From positions 896,001-960,000 of the forward strand of contig OY970368.1 of the NCBI GenBank assembly GCA_963718615.1: DNA of 64,000 nucleotides, in the 5' to 3' direction. The first letter of the stretch is position 1; every line of letters starts with the position of its first letter. The stretch is from an uncultured cyanobacterium (GTDB taxonomy: Bacteria > Cyanobacteriota > Cyanobacteriia > PCC-9006 > JAAUQQ01). Below, in pieces: positions 58,685 through 64,000 of this stretch. The position numbers and the translations under genes were made by a program. The notes under the pieces were generated by a model. That model saw only the letters and a list, made by a program, of their open reading frames with translations, was not told where the DNA came from and did not search any database.

Positions 58685-60127
58685 CTAGCGCCTTGGTTGC
58701 CGATACCACTGTGCTAAGCGATCGCCTGAAATCCCCACCCGATAGCCCAAAATCATGAGTTGATTCAGCATCGTCGTCCGCACAATGCCAAGCTTTTGCC
58801 AGCGCCGAGCCGAAGTGGTGACCGCTGCGGGGGCGATCGCCACCTTCCCCTGCCGTCTCACCCGCTGCATCAACTCAAAATCTTCCATAATCGGTAAATC
58901 CGCAAACCCGCCCAGGGCCTCAAACACCGAGCGCTTGAGGAAAATTCCCTGGTCCCCGTAGGGCAATTGGAAAAACCGCGATCGCCACTGTACCCCCCGT
59001 TCAATCCAGCGCAGTTTGGGATCCGGTCCGTCAATGCGCAATTGAAAGGCACCGGCCATGACGCCGGGTTGGTTGAGGACTGTTTGGGCGATCGCCTCAA
59101 ACTGCTCTGGCAATTCCGTATCCGCATGGAGGAACAGTAAAATTTCCCCATGGGCCAAGGCCGCGCCGCGATTGAGCTGTCGGGCTCGACCGCCGGTTTC
59201 GATGATGACCCTTGTGCCTTGGGTTTGGGCGATGGCCACGGTATTGTCGGTGCTGCCGCCGTCGCAGATGATCAGTTCCGCCTGGGGGGCGATCGCTCGC
59301 AGTCGGGTTAAGAGCCGGGGTAAGTTTTCCGCTTCGTTGTGGGTGGGAATGATCACCGAAATCGAAGGGCGGGGTCGGATGGGAAGCGTCCAATCCTCCG
59401 GGCGGTACATCTCCCACACTGGCAAATCCTCGGGATAGTCCACATCCTGGAGGGGTTGAAGTTGCGCCACCTGCAAGCCTTGGACCGAGGCCCGAGCCAA
59501 GGTCTCCGCTAAAACTTGCTCCGTTCCCCAAGCCATCTCTGCCAATAGGGCCGGAACCGCCTGGGCAAAGGCTTCGGCGCGCAGACCAATGAGGTAATAG
59601 CCGCCATCTAAGGCTGGTCCTAGGACTAAATCTTGGTTGTCTAAGCGTTCAAAGGCTTGACTCAAGAGCTCAGGGGTGATGCCGGGACAGTCGATGCCGA
59701 TAATCACAATCCGTTTGCTGGCTGCGGCAAATCCTGCTTGAAAGGCTTGGGCCATGCGATCGCCCAAATCCCCCGTCGCCTGGGGCCGATATTCCCACTG
59801 GGGTCCTAGCCAGGATTGCAGGCGATCGCCATCTCCCCCCGCAAATAGCACCTGAACCTGCGTATTCTTAACCGGGGAATCTTCAACCGGGGAATCTTCA
59901 ACCGGGGAATCCTGGGCCGGGTCTAAGGCTTGCCACTGAGCCACCGTTTGCAGCGTATGCTCCGTCATTTGCCGCTGCAAGTCTGCCGCTCCCGCCGCCC
60001 CCAGGGCTGGAATCAGTCGAGTTTTCGTTGTGCCCGGTTCGGGATAGCGAGTAAAGACGATCAGTTGGTTGAGTCCTTGGCGCGATCGCGACTCCGGTGA
60101 CGGCCCTAGCGCTGACACTGCTGACAC
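58685..60127 (-). CDS. Fused DUF2064 (TIGR04282-like) and GT2 (TIGR04283-like) glycosyltransferase
   Basis: FTRYPEPGTTKTRL, GDLGDRM, IGIDCP, LGPALDGGYYLIG, then ISVIIP, DGGSTD, LFLHADT, PYGDQG, MEDFEL, TTSARRW. Confidence 0.9.
   Translation of the reverse strand: MSAVSALGPSPESRSRQGLNQLIVFTRYPEPGTTKTRLIPALGAAGAADLQRQMTEHTLQTVAQWQALDPAQDSPVEDSPVEDSPVKNTQVQVLFAGGDGDRLQSWLGPQWEYRPQATGDLGDRMAQAFQAGFAAASKRIVIIGIDCPGITPELLSQAFERLDNQDLVLGPALDGGYYLIGLRAEAFAQAVPALLAEMAWGTEQVLAETLARASVQGLQVAQLQPLQDVDYPEDLPVWEMYRPEDWTLPIRPRPSISVIIPTHNEAENLPRLLTRLRAIAPQAELIICDGGSTDNTVAIAQTQGTRVIIETGGRARQLNRGAALAHGEILLFLHADTELPEQFEAIAQTVLNQPGVMAGAFQLRIDGPDPKLRWIERGVQWRSRFFQLPYGDQGIFLKRSVFEALGGFADLPIMEDFELMQRVRRQGKVAIAPAAVTTSARRWQKLGIVRTTMLNQLMILGYRVGISGDRLAQWYRQPRR
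59871..59911. repeat. 15-bp tandem repeat, about 3 copies
   Basis: ACCGGGGAATCTTCA units encoding DSPVE. Confidence 0.9.
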
Positions 60128-60128
60128 T

Positions 60129-60686
60129 TTAAATCACCGCCTCCGATTCCGGTTCCTGCAAGGGCTGGGTCAACCGTTCAAATTCCTGTTCGGTCACCAG
60201 ATGTCCCGGCTCTTCCCGATTCACCCGATCGATAAATAAAATGCCGTCCAGATGGTCCAGCTCATGCTGAAAAATCCGAGCGATGAAGCCTTGGAAATGC
60301 GATCGCGTCAGATTCCCCCCCCGATCCACATATTCCACCTGAATTGACCGAGCCCGCAATACCTGCCCCCGCCGATTCGGCACACTCAAACAGCCCTCCC
60401 AACCCAGCTCTTCTGCCTCCGATCGGTCTACCAAACAGGGATTAATCATCGCCGTCGGCTCCATCTCCGGCGCATCGGGATAGCGAGGATTGGGCCGCGA
60501 CGCCACAATAAACAGCCGCTGGGGCACCGCCAGTTGGGGAGCCGCAATGCCTACCCCATCCTTTTTTTGCATCATCCCCATTAGGTCCTCAATCAATCGC
60601 TGAACCTGGGGGGATTCGGGGTTTGCGATCGCCTCCGCCACCCGCCGCAACCGCCGATCCCCCACCCGAATTAAACGTCTCATCAT
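60129..60686 (-). CDS. def: Peptide deformylase
   Basis: GVGIAAPQ, EGCLS, QHELDHLDG. Confidence 0.96.
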   Translation of the reverse strand: MMRRLIRVGDRRLRRVAEAIANPESPQVQRLIEDLMGMMQKKDGVGIAAPQLAVPQRLFIVASRPNPRYPDAPEMEPTAMINPCLVDRSEAEELGWEGCLSVPNRRGQVLRARSIQVEYVDRGGNLTRSHFQGFIARIFQHELDHLDGILFIDRVNREEPGHLVTEQEFERLTQPLQEPESEAVI

Positions 60687-60746
60687 GGTGATTATTTTTC
60701 CCGTTTCCCGCGTCCGTCCTCTGCCCTGCGACTGTCCTCTATCCTG

Positions 60747-62096
60747 CTACCGCTGATTTTCCCGGCGCTCTGCCAACTCCGCTGGCTTCACGCTCAACTG
60801 CAAGATCTTTCCCTGGCGATTGACCTCAACCGGCAAATCCTTGCCCACATTTCCCTCCGCTACCCGGTCTTGTACATCCTGGGCGGTTTTGACCCCTTTG
60901 CCACTTACCTTTTGGAGCACATCCCCAGGCCGCAGCCCCGCCAGTTCCGCCGGAGATTTGGGCACTACTCGGGCGATTAAAACCCCGTCTTCCTGGGAGA
61001 TCTCAAACCCCACATTGGGATTGGAGCGAATCTGCTCGACCAAATCCGGGGTCAGCGTCAGCATTTGAATTCCCAAAAAAGGATGCTCCACCTTGCCCTT
61101 GCTAATCAACTGCTCCGCCAACCGTTGGGCCGTATTGATCGGAATCGAAAACCCTAGCCCTTGGGCATCGCCAATGATCGCCGTATTCATCCCAATCACC
61201 TCGCCCCGATCGTTCAGCAGCGGCCCCCCCGAGTTCCCTGGATTAATGGCCGCATCGGTTTGAATAAAGCCCACCCGCTTATCTGGAACGCCCACCTCTG
61301 AGCTGCTGCGTCCAGTGGCGCTGATAATGCCGACTGTCACCGTATTGTCTAGACCGAGGGGATTGCCGATGGCGATCGCCCATTCCCCCGGCAAAAGCTG
61401 ATCCGAATTTCCTAGGGGTACCGTCGGCAAGGTCACCGCATTAATTTTGATAACGGCCACATCGGTTACCGTATCTTGACCTAACACCTTGCCTTCAAAA
61501 CTGCGGCCATCCTTGAGTTTGACCTTGACCCGTTCTGCCCCTTCCACCACATGGGCATTGGTCAAAATTACGCCATCCTGACGAATGATAAATCCCGATC
61601 CCGACCCTTCCTGCACCCGCTCCGGGGGCTGAGCCCGTCGCCCGAAAAATTCCCGAAACAGGGGATCCTCAAAGATCTCAGGCATCCCCGTGCGCACCGT
61701 CCGCGACGCATCGATCCGCACAACCGCTGGACCCACCCGCTGCACCGCACTCACAATAAAATTCTCCTCCCCCTGCGCCGCCACCGGGCGAGTTTGCAGC
61801 GCCGCAGACACCAGCGCTGGATTAGGCGTACCCCCACCAGGCTCCGGTGTCGCTTCCGCTAGGATCTGGGGCGTGCGCCCTAGGCTCCAGGGGTTCCAAT
61901 GGCCAGACTGGGCGGCCCGCAGACCCGCTAAGGTTGCGCCGACGCCCACGAGCAACGAGAACAATGCAATCGGCCAGATGTTGTTTTTGCCCGAACGCCT
62001 TGGCGCGCCAGACCCGTGGTTGTCCTGGGGCGATCGCGACGAAGAAGAAAAACTGTTAGAAGAATCAGAAGGCGTAGGTCTCATAGGGAGCAACAA
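60747..62096 (-). CDS. HtrA/HhoA/HhoB family serine protease with PDZ domain
   Basis: GSGSGFI, TNAHVV, DVAVIKI, IQTDAAINPGNSGGPL. Confidence 0.95.
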   Translation of the reverse strand: MLLPMRPTPSDSSNSFSSSSRSPQDNHGSGAPRRSGKNNIWPIALFSLLVGVGATLAGLRAAQSGHWNPWSLGRTPQILAEATPEPGGGTPNPALVSAALQTRPVAAQGEENFIVSAVQRVGPAVVRIDASRTVRTGMPEIFEDPLFREFFGRRAQPPERVQEGSGSGFIIRQDGVILTNAHVVEGAERVKVKLKDGRSFEGKVLGQDTVTDVAVIKINAVTLPTVPLGNSDQLLPGEWAIAIGNPLGLDNTVTVGIISATGRSSSEVGVPDKRVGFIQTDAAINPGNSGGPLLNDRGEVIGMNTAIIGDAQGLGFSIPINTAQRLAEQLISKGKVEHPFLGIQMLTLTPDLVEQIRSNPNVGFEISQEDGVLIARVVPKSPAELAGLRPGDVLQKVSGKGVKTAQDVQDRVAEGNVGKDLPVEVNRQGKILQLSVKPAELAERRENQR

Positions 62097-62758
62097 AAGT
62101 CCTCAAAATGCACCGAAGGAAAATCTAGCCAGACCGTTAGTCTAAGGGACCATCTCTACATCGCTCTGCCGACGCAACGCTGGACTTGAAGATAGCCTTG
62201 GGTAGGCCTTGGGTATGGCCTTGAATATCAAGATTTATCATTCTGGCTAGCCTCTCGCCGGACAATGCTGACAGAATAGCGCTTGCCAATGGCTCTATTC
62301 CCTAAACCCACTTTTCCCCTCACGCTCTGATTCTATCGCCCGATGCTCGCTCCTGAGACCCTGCTTCTCTTTGACCGGACGCTTGCAGGTTTGTCGTGAA
62401 ATTCAGTATAATTACGTAAATATCATGATGAACGCAATCCCTTTTCTTGCCTCAGCCCTCGGTTTTTCTATGGGGCTAGATGGGGTAACTTGATAGACTC
62501 TGGGTGAGGTTTTTTGCTTAATCCCAGGGAGGCACACAGTAGCTTAGGTCAGTAGCTGGAGCCCCCCGCTGATCTGTTGCCCCGCTGGCCCGGTCGGCGA
62601 ATATCCGTGTTTTTGCGAGGATGCTGGTTTTTGAGTCTGACCCCTGGGCTGATTTCTGGGGCGATCGCTTGTCGCCGGGTTTAATCACCTGTCCCTTAAA
62701 TCATGCTCCTGAATCAGGCTCCGTTTTCGTCGTTTCCGGTTCACAGTAGGCAGTTAAC

Positions 62759-64000
62759 GTGGCTCCTTATTCTCCCGAACAGCTCTGGCATGAAATTTTG
62801 GAGCGGCTTCAGCTACAGCTTAGTCGTCCCACCTTTGAAACCTGGATTAAAACAGCCAGTGCGGAGAAGCTAGAAGGCAATTGCCTGTATATTTGTACGC
62901 CCAACCCGTTTGCGCGGAACTGGCTCCAAAAGTACTATTTGCAAACGATTGCCGAGGCGATCGAAGCGATTTTGGGCTATGCCCTAGAGATTCAATTCAC
63001 GGTGCCTGTGACGGGGGATGAGGCCGGGGGCACGACCACAGGCGATAGTCTCTGGACAACGGCGGCTGCGGCCCCAGTGGAGGCCCCCGCAGCGTCAGAG
63101 TCTAACGCTGGAAATAGCGCTGGAAATAGCGCTGGAAATAGCGCTGGAAATAGCGTTGGCAGCGAGGTCAAGCGGGGGCAGATGCGTCCGTCTGAACTCA
63201 ATCCCAAATACGTTTTTTCACGGTTTGTGGTGGGAGCCGGAAGTCGCATGGCTCATGCGGCGGCGCTGGCGGTGGCAGAATCACCAGGCCGAGAGTTCAA
63301 TCCGCTATTTCTCTGTGGCGGCGTTGGATTGGGCAAAACTCACTTGATGCAGGCCATTGGTCACTATCGCTTGCAGATTGATCCCAATACGAACATCTTC
63401 TATGTCTCGACCGAGCAGTTTACCAATGACTTAATTGGTGCGATCCGGCGGGACGGAATGCAGGCATTTCGGGAGCATTACCGAGCAGCGGATGTGCTGT
63501 TGGTGGATGATATTCAATTTATTGAGGGGAAGGAATACACCCAGGAAGAGTTTTTCCACACCTTTAATACGCTACATGAAGCGGGCAAGCAGGTGGTGCT
63601 GGCCTCCGATCGCCCCCCCAGCCAAATTCCCCGACTCCAGGAACGACTCTGTTCACGTTTCTCCATGGGGCTGATTGCGGATGTACAAGCGCCGGACTTT
63701 GAAACCCGGATGGCAATTTTGCAGAAGAAGGCAGAGTACGAAAATATCCGTCTGCCCCGAGAGGTCAACGAATATATTGCCTCGCGCTATACCTCCAACA
63801 TTCGGGAATTGGAAGGTGCGCTCACCCGTGCGGTGGCCTATATTTCCATTTCTGGCATGTCGATGACGGTTGATAATATTGGTCCCGTGCTCAACCCTCC
63901 CATGGAGCAAGTTGAAGTTTCGCCAGAAATTATTTTATCCATCGTGGCCGAGACCTTTGGGATCTCTCTGGAAGACCTCAAAAGTAGCTCACGGCGGCGA
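62759..64000 (+). CDS. dnaA: Chromosomal replication initiator DnaA (3' end beyond the window)
   Basis: GTG start; [68 protein letters not shown]; missing from the ORF track because no stop lies in the window. Confidence 0.97.
   Translation, partial: MAPYSPEQLWHEILERLQLQLSRPTFETWIKTASAEKLEGNCLYICTPNPFARNWLQKYYLQTIAEAIEAILGYALEIQFTVPVTGDEAGGTTTGDSLWTTAAAAPVEAPAASESNAGNSAGNSAGNSAGNSVGSEVKRGQMRPSELNPKYVFSRFVVGAGSRMAHAAALAVAESPGREFNPLFLCGGVGLGKTHLMQAIGHYRLQIDPNTNIFYVSTEQFTNDLIGAIRRDGMQAFREHYRAADVLLVDDIQFIEGKEYTQEEFFHTFNTLHEAGKQVVLASDRPPSQIPRLQERLCSRFSMGLIADVQAPDFETRMAILQKKAEYENIRLPREVNEYIASRYTSNIRELEGALTRAVAYISISGMSMTVDNIGPVLNPPMEQVEVSPEIILSIVAETFGISLEDLKSSSRRR
63107..63154. repeat. 12-bp perfect tandem repeat x4 in the DnaA domain II linker
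   Basis: GCTGGAAATAGC x4 (AGNS). Confidence 0.95.

Noticed and set aside
62097-62758. oriC upstream of dnaA
   Set aside because: No cluster of TT(A/T)TNCACA DnaA boxes seen; the origin may lie downstream, outside the window.

Overview
Chromosomal window from a cyanobacterium, judged by frequent HIP1 GCGATCGC octamers and genes such as petE, crtR, cpcT, fibrillin and nhaS3. Most of it is housekeeping (mraY, tRNA-Leu, aroH, purB, proA, folB, dxs, cimA, aroB, def, 5' part of dnaA). It also holds an iron/oxidative-stress cluster with Fur-like boxes (about 18.8-23.6 kb) and two candidate small RNAs. The standout is an AT-richer island without HIP1 sites between aroB and an FAD oxidoreductase gene (about 48.46-53.6 kb). 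It is an integron: intI, a divergent attI-like site preceded by four palindromic 25-bp repeats, an ORF-less mini-cassette with a canonical attC, and a 3.2-kb cassette encoding an EAD-like/CHAT(caspase-like)/TM/periplasmic-binding-protein receptor. The attC of that cassette is cut off by an IS110 remnant. The remnant is fused directly to an orphan FGE-sulfatase C-terminus that looks like the variable region of a diversity-generating retroelement (DGR) target gene. All calls come from reading the sequence and recalling family motifs; no searches were run.
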